Source: a virus
Direction: 5' to 3' (one strand)
Length of the DNA stretch: 37,118 nt
Virus record (IMG/VR): IMGVR_UViG_3300045988_101868
Span: 1 to 37,118 of that record
Numbering within the stretch: the stretch's first letter is position 1; the number at the start of each line of letters is the position of its first letter. This document shows positions 15,282 to 24,011 of this stretch, in pieces. The notes under the pieces are model-generated. The model ran no database searches and was not told where the DNA came from. It saw nothing but the letters and a program-made list of their open reading frames with translations. The translations under genes and the position numbers were made by a program.

Positions 15282-15379
15282 AAGTTGTTCGGTTTTTCGG
15301 TTTAGGTGCAGTATAATATAAAATGAAGAAATCGATAATAAGAGGCATTTTGTAGTTCTCCTTTTTCAAAAAATAACGG

Positions 15380-15407
15380 CAGACCGCTCTCGTTTGAGGG
15401 CGGTCTG
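15380..15407. terminator. Bidirectional intrinsic terminator closing the early/middle operon
   Basis: CAGACCGCTCTC GTTT GAGGGCGGTCTG (12-bp stem with one G.T pair). The plus strand continues with a T-rich sequence. The minus strand continues CCGTTATTTTTT. Confidence 0.7.
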
Positions 15408-15479
15408 TGTTGTGTGTGGTTATTTTATACAAATTATTACTTTCTTAATTGTGCGGTTTACAGAAAAATGTAAAATCTG

Positions 15480-15508
15480 TTGAATTGTGTCAAATAATAT
15501 GATAGATT
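15480..15508 (+). promoter_or_regulatory. Own promoter of the NDT/DNPH1-like cassette
   Basis: TTGAAT (15480-15485), 17 nt, TGA-TAGATT (extended -10, 15500-15508). Confidence 0.5.
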
Positions 15509-15539
15509 AGTGATATATTACAACTAAGGAGAGTTGCAT

Positions 15540-16205
15540 ATGAGCGAAGAAAATAAGGTAAAAACCTGTTTTGTTATAATGCCTATATCAGACCAGCCAA
15601 AATATCCTGCAGGTCATTTTGATAAAATATACAAACAGATAATTGTTCCTGCTGTCCAAATAGCAGGATTTGAACCTATAAGAGCAGATAGCGATCAAAT
15701 ATGTGATTCGATAATGAAAAAAATTTTGAAAAATTTAGTTGAATGTGATATGGCAATTTGTGATTTAAGTTCAAGAAATCCGAATGTTATGTATGAATTA
15801 GGAATTCGACAAGCCTATGGTAAAAAAGTAGTTTTGGTACAGGATGATGCTACTGATAAAATTTTTGATGTAGCAGGAATTAATACTGTTTTTTATAAGA
15901 GAGATAGATTGTATGAAAATGTTATTAAGGCAAAAGATGATATTGCTAATGCGATAAAGGAAACTTATGCAAATGGTTCATTTTCGTTAATGAGTATAGC
16001 AAATTTAGAAAATGCAACTGTAGATAATTCCAAAGTTGATGAGGCTGTTTTTGGTAGATCTATGATGAAATCAATATATTCAAAGTTAGATGCTATGGAA
16101 GACTCAATAAGATTGCTTTCTAATACGCAAAATGTTAGCGATAAATTAAAGTTTGACCTTAATAATCATAAATTTAATCGTAATACAACGCTAGTTACGG
16201 AATAA
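15540..16205 (+). CDS. Nucleoside 2-deoxyribosyltransferase / DNPH1(RCL)-like (TIR-related fold) domain protein with an uncharacterized helical C-terminal third
   Basis: CFVIMP (beta1) ... CDMAICDLSSRNPNVMYELGIRQAYGKKVVLV parallels the DNPH1 segment ADVVVAEVTQPSLGVGYELGRAVAFNKRILCLF, including the catalytic-Glu position. Start moved to ATG 15540 after AAGGAGAG. Confidence 0.6.
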   Translation: MSEENKVKTCFVIMPISDQPKYPAGHFDKIYKQIIVPAVQIAGFEPIRADSDQICDSIMKKILKNLVECDMAICDLSSRNPNVMYELGIRQAYGKKVVLVQDDATDKIFDVAGINTVFYKRDRLYENVIKAKDDIANAIKETYANGSFSLMSIANLENATVDNSKVDEAVFGRSMMKSIYSKLDAMEDSIRLLSNTQNVSDKLKFDLNNHKFNRNTTLVTE

Positions 16206-16358
16206 AAAATACATAGAGGAGCTGTCTAGATGATCTCAATTTATGTTTCATAATAAGAACGATAAACGATTCGCACCTAAAGACTATCTAAATGTGAAAA
16301 ATACACTGATAGAATTGAATGACAGAATTAATGCTTTAACGCTTAATACTGATTAATG

Positions 16359-16390
16359 GAGAGTGCATTTAGTACTCTCTTTTCTTTTGC
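16359..16390 (+). terminator. Intrinsic terminator closing the cassette
   Basis: GAGAGTGC ATTTA GTACTCTC (16359-16379) followed by TTTTCTTTTGC. Confidence 0.7.
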
Positions 16391-16409
16391 TTATTTTACA
16401 TAAAGAGAG

Positions 16410-16817
16410 GTGGTGACGGTGGCAAAAGGAAAGTATGAAAAGTGGTTGAAAGAAGAAAATTTACTACTGCTTGAGGGCTGGGCAAGGGACGGTCTGACCG
16501 ATGAGCAGATAGCTAAGAATATAGGAATTACAGTATCAACATTTTATGAGTGGAAGAAAAAGTATTCGGAGATTTCGGAGTCCCTAAAAAAGGGCAAAGA
16601 GGTTGTGGACTATGAAGTTGAAAATGCTTTGTTGTCCTCTGCTCTTGAGGGCAACACTACTGCACAAATATTTTGGCTGAAAAACCGTCGCCCCGACAAG
16701 TGGCGGGATAAGCAAAAAGAGGAAACCGACAAGACCGCACTCGACAAGCTCGACAGCATTTTGAAAGAAATCAAAGATGACGCAGAAAGGAGCACAAACA
16801 ATGCCGTACACGATTAA
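16410..16817 (+). CDS. terS: Terminase small subunit
   Basis: GLTDEQIAKNIGITVSTFYEWKKKY HTH and AQIFWLKNRRPDKWRDK. GTG start (16410, 16413 or 16419). Confidence 0.85.
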   Translation: MVTVAKGKYEKWLKEENLLLLEGWARDGLTDEQIAKNIGITVSTFYEWKKKYSEISESLKKGKEVVDYEVENALLSSALEGNTTAQIFWLKNRRPDKWRDKQKEETDKTALDKLDSILKEIKDDAERSTNNAVHD

Positions 16818-18063
16818 ACAAAAAGAATATATCGCAAACGCTACACATCGTTGGAACATAAAAAGCGGTGCGGTGCGTTCGGGCAAAAGTTTTGTTGATG
16901 TCACCTGTATTGTGCCTATGCGTATTCGAGAGCGAATAGGTAAAGACGGTTTGTGCTTTATCATCGGAGTGTCAAAGGAAACAATCGAGCGAAATGTTTT
17001 ACAGCCTATGCGTGAGCGTTACTCTTCCGACATTGTGGGTACAATCAACAGCCGAAACATTGCGAAGGTGTGCGGTGAAGATGTGTATTGTTTGGGTGCG
17101 GAAAAGGTCAGTCAGGTTGCTAAAATTCAGGGTGCGTCGGCAAAATATATTTACGGTGATGAGGTTGCAAAGTGGAACGAAGATGTTTTCAATATGCTTA
17201 AATCCCGACTTGACAAGCCTTATTCGTGCTTTGACGGCAGTTTAAACCCTGAACACCCAACTCATTGGCTCAAGAAATTCATTGACAGTGACGCAGATAT
17301 TTATTTGCAGGAATACACGATTTTCGATAATAAATTCTTATCCGAGGAGTTTGTGAAGAACCTTTGCAATGAATATGAGGGTACAATTTTCTATGACCGT
17401 CTTATACTCGGGAAATGGGTGCGTGCAGAGGGTGCGATTTACCGCAGATTTGCCGACAATCCAAAGAATTTTTACTGCCGAATTACCGATAAAATCAACA
17501 CGGATTTACCGTACAGGCAGTTTTTGAAATCGGAACTTGAAGAAGTGACAATCGGCATTGACTTTGGCGGCAATAAATCGGGTCACGCATTTGTGGCAAC
17601 GGCAAAGACAAGAGGCTACAATAATTTAATAGCGTTGAAAAGCGAACGGCACTTCGGTGAATACGACGGAAACGACATTGACAGGCTGGCAATTAATTTT
17701 GCACAGTCTGTTTTTGATTTGTGCGGTGTTGTTGACTTTGTGTATTGGGATAACGCCGAAACCGTGCTCGGCAGAGGCATTAAACGAGCGTTTGAAGAGC
17801 ATTTCCCAAATACCATAGTCAGACCCGCACGCAAATACCCCGTACAGGACCGTATTCAATGCCTGCTGCGACTTATGGGCGCGGGCAGATTCTTTTACAC
17901 TGACGGCTGCGATACGCTTAAAACGGCATTGTGCGAGGCTGTATGGAATGATAAAAAACTTGTTGACGAAAGACTTGACGACGGTTCAACCGACATCGAC
18001 AGCCTCGACGGTTTTGAATACACATTTGAACGGGATATAAAAAGATTTATAAGGGCGGTGTGA
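16801..18063 (+). CDS. terL: Terminase large subunit (PBSX/Terminase_3-like)
   Basis: Walker A GAVRSGKS. Start moved to ATG 16801 after AAAGGAG. Overlaps the terS stop. Confidence 0.95.
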   Translation: MPYTIKQKEYIANATHRWNIKSGAVRSGKSFVDVTCIVPMRIRERIGKDGLCFIIGVSKETIERNVLQPMRERYSSDIVGTINSRNIAKVCGEDVYCLGAEKVSQVAKIQGASAKYIYGDEVAKWNEDVFNMLKSRLDKPYSCFDGSLNPEHPTHWLKKFIDSDADIYLQEYTIFDNKFLSEEFVKNLCNEYEGTIFYDRLILGKWVRAEGAIYRRFADNPKNFYCRITDKINTDLPYRQFLKSELEEVTIGIDFGGNKSGHAFVATAKTRGYNNLIALKSERHFGEYDGNDIDRLAINFAQSVFDLCGVVDFVYWDNAETVLGRGIKRAFEEHFPNTIVRPARKYPVQDRIQCLLRLMGAGRFFYTDGCDTLKTALCEAVWNDKKLVDERLDDGSTDIDSLDGFEYTFERDIKRFIRAV

Positions 18064-18064
18064 A

Positions 18065-19390
18065 ATGCAATTCATAAATTTTTTGAAAGGAGTGTGGCAG
18101 AGAATGTTCCCTCTAAAGGATATTAAACAGGCTTTGGGCGTTAAACTTGCGATTACGGATGATATGATGCAAAGCATTGAAATGTGGCAGAAATGCTTTG
18201 CGGGGCAGGCTTTTTGGCTTTCCGACAGCGTTATAAGTTTAAGGCTTGAGCAGGCGATTACAAGAGAGTTTGCAAACATCACGCTTAACGAAATGACTGC
18301 AAGCGTAAGCAATGATAAATTGCAGAAAATCTTTGAAACCGCAACGGAAGACCTTAACTCCGAATTGCAGTCGGGACTTGCAACAGGCGCAATGGTGATT
18401 AAACCGTTAGGCGGCGACAAGGTGCAGTATATTTCCGCAAATGCCTTTGTGCCGATTGAATTTGACGCAAGGCATAGGCTTGTAAAAGTCATCTTTCCTG
18501 AATTTAAGAAGATCGGCGACAACTATTACACAAGGCTTGAGTATCACAGCCTTGATACCGAAAAGGGATTGACAATTACCAACACTGCTTATGTGTCTGC
18601 AAGTGAGGGGCAACTTGGAAGAGAAATTCCGCTTGCGGCAGTTGACGAGTGGGCAAGCCTGCCGAATGCTGTTACATACCCTGCAATGCTCCGCCCTGCT
18701 TTCGGTTATTTTCGCACACCGATTAAAAATACGATTGACGGCTCATCTTGCGGTGTTTCTGTCTACGCAAATGACATAAATCTTATTCGTAAAATAGACA
18801 CACAATTCGGCAGACTTGATTGGGAGTTTGAGAGCGGCGAAAGGGCAATACATGTTGATGCCGCAGCTTTCAAGAAAGAGGGTACTGAAAAACTCAACAA
18901 AAGACTTTACAAAGCTGTAGATGTTGACCTCGGAGATAATGAATTGTTCAAAGATTTTTCTCCTGCAATTCGTCAATCTGATATTACGGACGGGCTAAAT
19001 ACATATCTTCGCAGACTTGAATTTTCGGTCGGTCTTGCATATGGCGACCTATCCGACCCCGACACTGTCGCAAAGACGGCTACGGAGATATTATCGGCTA
19101 AGAACCGAAAGTACAACACTGTATCGGCAATTCAGAAACAGCTTAAATATTGTCTTGACGATTTGGTGTATGCTCTCGCCTTTTACAATTCGCTGACAAC
19201 AAGCGGTTACACATTCGTTTGTGACTTTAAGGACAGTATTCTCACCGATGAACAGACCGAACGCACACAGGATATTCAGGACTTGAGTCTTGGAATTATG
19301 CGACCTGATGAGTATCGTATGAAATGGTACGGAGAGGACGAAAAGACAGCAAAAAAGAACCTGCCGCAGTCCTCGGAGGTTGTTGACTGA
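18065..19390 (+). CDS. Portal protein (SPP1 gp6-like)
   Basis: 441 aa directly after terL and before the MuF gene. Confidence 0.88.
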   Translation: MQFINFLKGVWQRMFPLKDIKQALGVKLAITDDMMQSIEMWQKCFAGQAFWLSDSVISLRLEQAITREFANITLNEMTASVSNDKLQKIFETATEDLNSELQSGLATGAMVIKPLGGDKVQYISANAFVPIEFDARHRLVKVIFPEFKKIGDNYYTRLEYHSLDTEKGLTITNTAYVSASEGQLGREIPLAAVDEWASLPNAVTYPAMLRPAFGYFRTPIKNTIDGSSCGVSVYANDINLIRKIDTQFGRLDWEFESGERAIHVDAAAFKKEGTEKLNKRLYKAVDVDLGDNELFKDFSPAIRQSDITDGLNTYLRRLEFSVGLAYGDLSDPDTVAKTATEILSAKNRKYNTVSAIQKQLKYCLDDLVYALAFYNSLTTSGYTFVCDFKDSILTDEQTERTQDIQDLSLGIMRPDEYRMKWYGEDEKTAKKNLPQSSEVVD

Positions 19391-21228
19391 TGTTTACTCC
19401 CGAAGTTACAGAGGCAATCCCGATTGCGCTCGAGCAAATTTTTGACAGCCTGCAAATGAGCATAATGACGGAAATAGTAAGAATGTTACTTGAAGCTGCG
19501 GAGATTATACCGTCAACAGGCTATAAAATGAGCAGATTATACGATTTAGGTACAAGCAAAAAGCGAATCAAAGACATTGTCGCAAGGACACTTAACCTTA
19601 GCGATAAAGAAGTTGAAAACATCTTTACAAATATAACGGAAAGCGGATATAACGAGGCGGAGAGTGCTTTTATTGAACAAGGCAAGGAGTTTATACCATA
19701 TTCAGAAAACGAGCCACTACAGCAATTTGTGAGGGCCGTACAAGAGCAGACACAAAACGAATGTAAAAACATTACACAGTCAATGGGCTTTGCAAAGCGA
19801 CAGCCTGACGGCAGTTTGGGCTTTACTCCCGTTGCAGACTATTATCAAGAAACACTTGATAAAGCTGTCACGGAAATTGCAAGCGGTGCGAGTGATTATA
19901 ATACCGTACTCGAAAAAACCGTAACCGAAATGACAAACAGCGGATTGCGTACGGTTGACTATGCAAGCGGTCACAGCAATAGAGTTACCGTTGCGGCAAG
20001 GCGTGCGGTGTCAACAGGACTGAATCAGGTTGTGGGCAAAATCAATGAGGAAAACGCCGAAAAACTCGGCACAAATTACTTTGAGGTATCGTGGCACAGT
20101 GGAGCAAGGCCGAGCCATCAGGTGTGGCAAGGCAGAGTGTACAGTAAGGAAGAACTCGAGAGCGTGTGCGGACTTGGCACGGTAACAGGACTTTGCGGCG
20201 CAAACTGCTATCACTCATATTCGCCTTTCACTCCCGGCATAACTCCACGCACATACACAGATGAACAGCTCGACAAGATGAACGCAGAGGAAAACAAGCC
20301 TGTAGAATACAACGGCAAGACATACACAAAGTACGAGGCAACCCAAAGACAGCGCAGACTTGAAACCACAATGCGGGCACAAAGGCAGAAAATAAAATTG
20401 CTTGAAGAAGGCGGGGCTGACGAGCAAGCAATAATTAACGCTCGTGCAAGATATGTAAAAACTTCCGATGAATATGTGAACTTCTCAAAAAGCGTCGGAC
20501 TTTCTCAACAATGGGACAGGGTAACGGTTGGCGGCAGCAGCGTTGAGGGTATTACAAAGCCTAAAAAAGCCAGTTCACCGATAGGCGGAATAAAAACTAC
20601 TTCTTTGCCGATTAAAAACACAGAAAATCATACCTTTAAAGGTAAATTCGGTGTTGAAAAATCGGGCGGTAGTGGTATAATAAAAGAGGAAAATAAAAAG
20701 CCTATTACGCCAATAACAGATAAAGCTATCGAGCGAGTGCCGAAAGTTGATATTGCCGGATATTCTGAAGAACAAAGGGTTGAAATTCAAAAACAACATA
20801 AGGAACTTTTGAAATTTTCAAAAGAACAAAATGACAATAAAGAAGTTGCATTTGTTTTTCGCGACGGATTGGTTGACTATAAACCATTTACAGGTTCTGA
20901 TGAAAAAATTGACTTTGGCACATACTTGGAGACAAAAGGAAAAAATTTAACTATTTTACATAATCATCCGAGAAACAGTAGTTATTCTATGAACGATTTG
21001 GATGTATTTGCAAATAAAAATGTTAGAACAATTACTATTGTAAAAAACAACGGCACAGTTGAATATTTAACTAAAACCGATGATTTTGACAACAATAGAT
21101 TTGCTCTTGAGTGTAATAGATTGTATAAGAAGATAGTGGTTAAGGAAACCGATGAGGAAAAAGATAGATTTGTTAAAACTTTGCTAAATAAATCAAAAGC
21201 TGGGGTGATTTGGAGTGGAAGAAAATAA
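19390..21228 (+). CDS. MuF/SPP1 gp7-like minor head protein with an extra C-terminal JAB/RadC-like domain
   Basis: MuF block NYFEVSWHSGARPSHQVWQGRVYS. After a low-complexity linker, the C-terminal EVAFVF...LTILHNHPRNSSYSMNDLDVF carries a JAMM-like E...HxH...S..D pattern. Confidence 0.85.
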   Translation: MFTPEVTEAIPIALEQIFDSLQMSIMTEIVRMLLEAAEIIPSTGYKMSRLYDLGTSKKRIKDIVARTLNLSDKEVENIFTNITESGYNEAESAFIEQGKEFIPYSENEPLQQFVRAVQEQTQNECKNITQSMGFAKRQPDGSLGFTPVADYYQETLDKAVTEIASGASDYNTVLEKTVTEMTNSGLRTVDYASGHSNRVTVAARRAVSTGLNQVVGKINEENAEKLGTNYFEVSWHSGARPSHQVWQGRVYSKEELESVCGLGTVTGLCGANCYHSYSPFTPGITPRTYTDEQLDKMNAEENKPVEYNGKTYTKYEATQRQRRLETTMRAQRQKIKLLEEGGADEQAIINARARYVKTSDEYVNFSKSVGLSQQWDRVTVGGSSVEGITKPKKASSPIGGIKTTSLPIKNTENHTFKGKFGVEKSGGSGIIKEENKKPITPITDKAIERVPKVDIAGYSEEQRVEIQKQHKELLKFSKEQNDNKEVAFVFRDGLVDYKPFTGSDEKIDFGTYLETKGKNLTILHNHPRNSSYSMNDLDVFANKNVRTITIVKNNGTVEYLTKTDDFDNNRFALECNRLYKKIVVKETDEEKDRFVKTLLNKSKAGVIWSGRK

Positions 21229-21361
21229 ATCAAGAAACGCAATTATCGACGGACCTATTGAATTGCAAATAAAATGTATGGAAGAATTTCTTTCTACATT
21301 AACAGACGAAGAAAAAGAACGCTCAATGTCGAGTGAATTTGACTACTTGGAAGAAGACTAA
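21215..21361 (+). CDS. Possible 48-aa acidic ORF overlapping the MuF stop
   Basis: GTG 21215, translating as EENKSRNAIIDGPIELQIKCMEEFLSTLTDEEKERSMSSEFDYLEED. Ends at the terminator. Weak RBS. Confidence 0.3.
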   Translation: MEENKSRNAIIDGPIELQIKCMEEFLSTLTDEEKERSMSSEFDYLEED

Positions 21362-21385
21362 CCGCTCCTTGTGGGCGGTTTTGTT
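21360..21385 (+). terminator. Intrinsic terminator after the MuF gene
   Basis: AACCGC(T)CC TTGT GGGCGGTT followed by TTGTT. Confidence 0.55.
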
Positions 21386-21409
21386 ATGCGTGAATTTAAT
21401 ACAGAGATT

Positions 21410-21442
21410 AGCACTTAATCAATCAGATTGAGTGCTTTTTTA
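21410..21442 (+). terminator. Second intrinsic terminator
   Basis: AGCACTTAATC AATCA GATTGAGTGCT (11-bp stem with one G.T pair) followed by TTTTTT. Confidence 0.65.
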
Positions 21443-21471
21443 ATACCCAAAATCAGAAAGGCGGTGACAAA

Positions 21472-21630
21472 ATGAAAGTAAAAGTAGTTGTGTCGTTTAA
21501 CGATAAAATGAACGGTCTTATCAACAGACCTGTCAATGAAGTCTTTGAATGTACCAAAGACCGAGCGAAAAGCCTTATTGACAGAGGTTTTGTTATTGAG
21601 GTTGAAGACAACAAAAATAAAGCAGATTAA
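21472..21630 (+). CDS. Hypothetical 52-aa head-module protein (below the ORF-track cut-off)
   Basis: ATG after AAAGGCGGTG. Translation is MKVKVVVSFNDKMNGLINRPVNEVFECTKDRAKSLIDRGFVIEVE. Preferred over the antisense ORF 21415..21642. Confidence 0.55.
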   Translation: MKVKVVVSFNDKMNGLINRPVNEVFECTKDRAKSLIDRGFVIEVEDNKNKAD

Positions 21631-21668
21631 GCACCCTTGCATTTGATTGCATAGGTGCTTTTATTTTA
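21629..21668 (+). terminator. Terminator-like hairpin
   Basis: AAGCACC..TGCA / TGCA..GGTGCTT with an internal bulge, followed by TTTATTTT. Confidence 0.45.
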
Positions 21669-21745
21669 CCCCGCCGTTGGTTTATACGGCTGAATTTCTA
21701 CCGCAGGCAAAGCGGAATATAAGCTATGCAGAAAGGATTTATATT

Positions 21746-22306
21746 ATGAAGAACATACACACACTTCTCTCTGAAATTGGTATTACGATTCCCGATGAGA
21801 AAAAGGCAGAGTTTGACAAGGCGGTGCTTGCAAATTACAAGACTGTTGCAGAGGTTGAAAAAATCACAACAGCAAGAGATAATTACAAATCACAGCTTGA
21901 AACAGCACAGACAGCACTTAAAGAGTTTGAGGGCATAGATGTCGAAAATCTTAAAGGCGAGATCGCAAAACTCAACACAAGCCTTAAAGACAAAGAAACC
22001 GAGTATCAGACAAAAATTGCCGATATGGAGTTTAACTCTGTACTTGACGGCGCTATTTCAAAGAGCGGTGCGAGAAACGCAACGGCGGTCAAGGCTTTGC
22101 TTGACCTTGACAGTCTTAAAACATCAAAAAATCAGGCAGACGATATTACTAAGGCTCTTGAAAGCGTTAAGAGCGAAAACAGCTATATGTTCGGTTCTGA
22201 TGAGCCGTTCCAAAATCCTGTAAAGAATACAGGAAACGCAGGTATTAAGTCAAACCCTCTTGCAAGTATGAGAGCGGCAATGGGACTTAGTACAGACGAA
22301 AAATAA
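21746..22306 (+). CDS. Scaffolding protein (GP20-like)
   Basis: Helical, charged protein of 186 aa just before the capsid gene. Start moved to ATG 21746. Confidence 0.8.
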   Translation: MKNIHTLLSEIGITIPDEKKAEFDKAVLANYKTVAEVEKITTARDNYKSQLETAQTALKEFEGIDVENLKGEIAKLNTSLKDKETEYQTKIADMEFNSVLDGAISKSGARNATAVKALLDLDSLKTSKNQADDITKALESVKSENSYMFGSDEPFQNPVKNTGNAGIKSNPLASMRAAMGLSTDEK

Positions 22307-22324
22307 TTGATGAGGTGAAATTTT

Positions 22325-23203
22325 ATGGCAAATTCTATTGCACTTTTTAAAACTTACACAGCCTTGCTCGATGAGGTTTATAAGCAGTCGGCACTTACAA
22401 GCGAGCTTGACGGTGCGACTGATCTTGCAACAGCTGGTGCAAACTCAAACGAGCTTATTATTCCGATGATTTCAATGGACGGTCTTGCGGATTACAGTCG
22501 TAACAGCGGTTATGTGAACGGTGATGTTACACTCACAAACGAAACCGTAAAATGCAATTTTGACCGAGGCAGAATGTTCAATGTGGACACAATGGACAAT
22601 ATCGAAACCGCAGGCGTTGCGTTCGGCAGACTTTCGGGCGAATTTATCCGCACCAAGGTTGTGCCGGAGCTTGACGCATTTCGCTTTGCTGCATACGCAA
22701 GTCACGCAGGTATTACCTCTGCCACACCTGCAAACCTTACCACAGGTGCGGCAGTAATCGAGGCACTCCGCAAGGGTACTACTCAGATGGACGAGGACGA
22801 AGTTCCGTACGAGCAGCGTTACCTTTACATTACACCAACTCTTTACGGACTTGTGCAGGATTTGGACACAACAAAGTCAAGAGAGGTTCTCAGCAGATTT
22901 GCTAAGATTATCACAGTGCCGCAGACACGCTTTTATACAGCGATTGAACAGCTTGACGGCACATCAAGCGGCAAGACCAAGGGCGGCTATCAGAAAGCCA
23001 CTGCCGCCTCAAACATCAACTTTATGATTATTCATAAGCCTGCCCTTATCCAGTTTACTAAGCACCTTGACACTAAGGTAATTGAACCGTCGGTAAATCA
23101 GGACTCGGACGGTTACAAGTTCGGTTACAGAATGGTAGGCATTGCAGATGTGTACGAAAACAAGACCGCCGGTATTTACTGTCACACAGCGGTTAAGTCT
23201 TAA
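22325..23203 (+). CDS. Major capsid protein
   Basis: 292 aa after the scaffold gene. GAGGTGA RBS. Position in an SPP1/A118-like head module. Confidence 0.85.
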   Translation: MANSIALFKTYTALLDEVYKQSALTSELDGATDLATAGANSNELIIPMISMDGLADYSRNSGYVNGDVTLTNETVKCNFDRGRMFNVDTMDNIETAGVAFGRLSGEFIRTKVVPELDAFRFAAYASHAGITSATPANLTTGAAVIEALRKGTTQMDEDEVPYEQRYLYITPTLYGLVQDLDTTKSREVLSRFAKIITVPQTRFYTAIEQLDGTSSGKTKGGYQKATAASNINFMIIHKPALIQFTKHLDTKVIEPSVNQDSDGYKFGYRMVGIADVYENKTAGIYCHTAVKS

Positions 23204-23216
23204 AGGAGTGTGAAGT

Positions 23217-23585
23217 ATGACCGTTTACGCTGACGAAAACTATTATAAATCCGTATATCTATGTGGCAGAAAAGCGGTCATTACCTCCGCTTTTGCCTAC
23301 TATGCAAGAGAGGCAACGCTTATTATTAATGCTTACACAGGCTCAAATATTGACGATACAAAGGATATAATCGAGCCTGTGAAACTTTGTTGCTGTGAGG
23401 TCGCAGAGCTGATGTATAAAGCCGATAATATGAGCGGCAGTGAGGGCATAACATCAGAAAAAGTCGGAGATGTGTCACGCTCGTATGAAAGCTGTGAGGT
23501 TCGCAAAAAGCAACTTACACGATGTGTTAAATCCGCAGTATATAAGTATCTTGCAGACACAGACCTTTTGTACAGAGGTGTTTGA
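23217..23585 (+). CDS. Head-tail connector (gp15/gp6-like adaptor)
   Basis: Position and size. N-terminal YADENYYKSVY...AREATLIINAYTG is typical of this slot. Confidence 0.65.
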   Translation: MTVYADENYYKSVYLCGRKAVITSAFAYYAREATLIINAYTGSNIDDTKDIIEPVKLCCCEVAELMYKADNMSGSEGITSEKVGDVSRSYESCEVRKKQLTRCVKSAVYKYLADTDLLYRGV

Positions 23586-23587
23586 TT

Positions 23588-24007
23588 ATGTTTACGGATA
23601 CTATGCTGACCCTTTACAGATTTAACGGCAAAGGCTTTGACAGGCTTATTATTCCGCATTGCCATTGGCAGGAGTGCAAAGCCGCTAATGTACTTAAAAG
23701 CGGAATGCAGAACGCTGACGGAATAGCTATATACATTCCGTTAAATGCGCTTGTTCTTGCTCCGAATGATTTTTTATTTCCGAGCAACGGTCTGTTTCTA
23801 AACGCTGATATATCCCCTCTGTGCCCCTCTCAAGACATTATTGTAAAAGGTGAGTGTAATTTCATCTTTGATAATTCAAGCGACAGGAGCGTATCAGAGA
23901 GCCTAAAAACCTTGCGTGACAAATACGAAATTCACACAGTAATGAGTATTGACCGTTTGCTTTACGGCCCTGCGGATTTACAGCACATCAAAGTATCTGC
24001 GAGGTGA
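23588..24007 (+). CDS. Head-tail joining protein (hypothetical)
   Basis: Position. Start moved to ATG 23588 after AGAGGTG. Confidence 0.55.
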   Translation: MFTDTMLTLYRFNGKGFDRLIIPHCHWQECKAANVLKSGMQNADGIAIYIPLNALVLAPNDFLFPSNGLFLNADISPLCPSQDIIVKGECNFIFDNSSDRSVSESLKTLRDKYEIHTVMSIDRLLYGPADLQHIKVSAR

Positions 24008-24011
24008 TTAA

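Noticed and set aside
15256-15348. 30-aa hydrophobic minus-strand ORF (MPLIIDFFILYYTAPKPKNR...) with an AAAGGAGAA RBS, considered as a type I toxin
   Set aside because: It lies immediately downstream of the minus-strand face of the 15380-15407 terminator with no room for a promoter. It also overlaps the 3' end of the late-regulator gene. It cannot be excluded without RNA data.
21415-21642. 75-aa minus-strand ORF in the head module
   Set aside because: It is opposite in orientation to the whole late operon and lacks an RBS. The plus strand has an RBS-preceded 52-codon ORF, and the flanking hairpins are plus-strand terminators.
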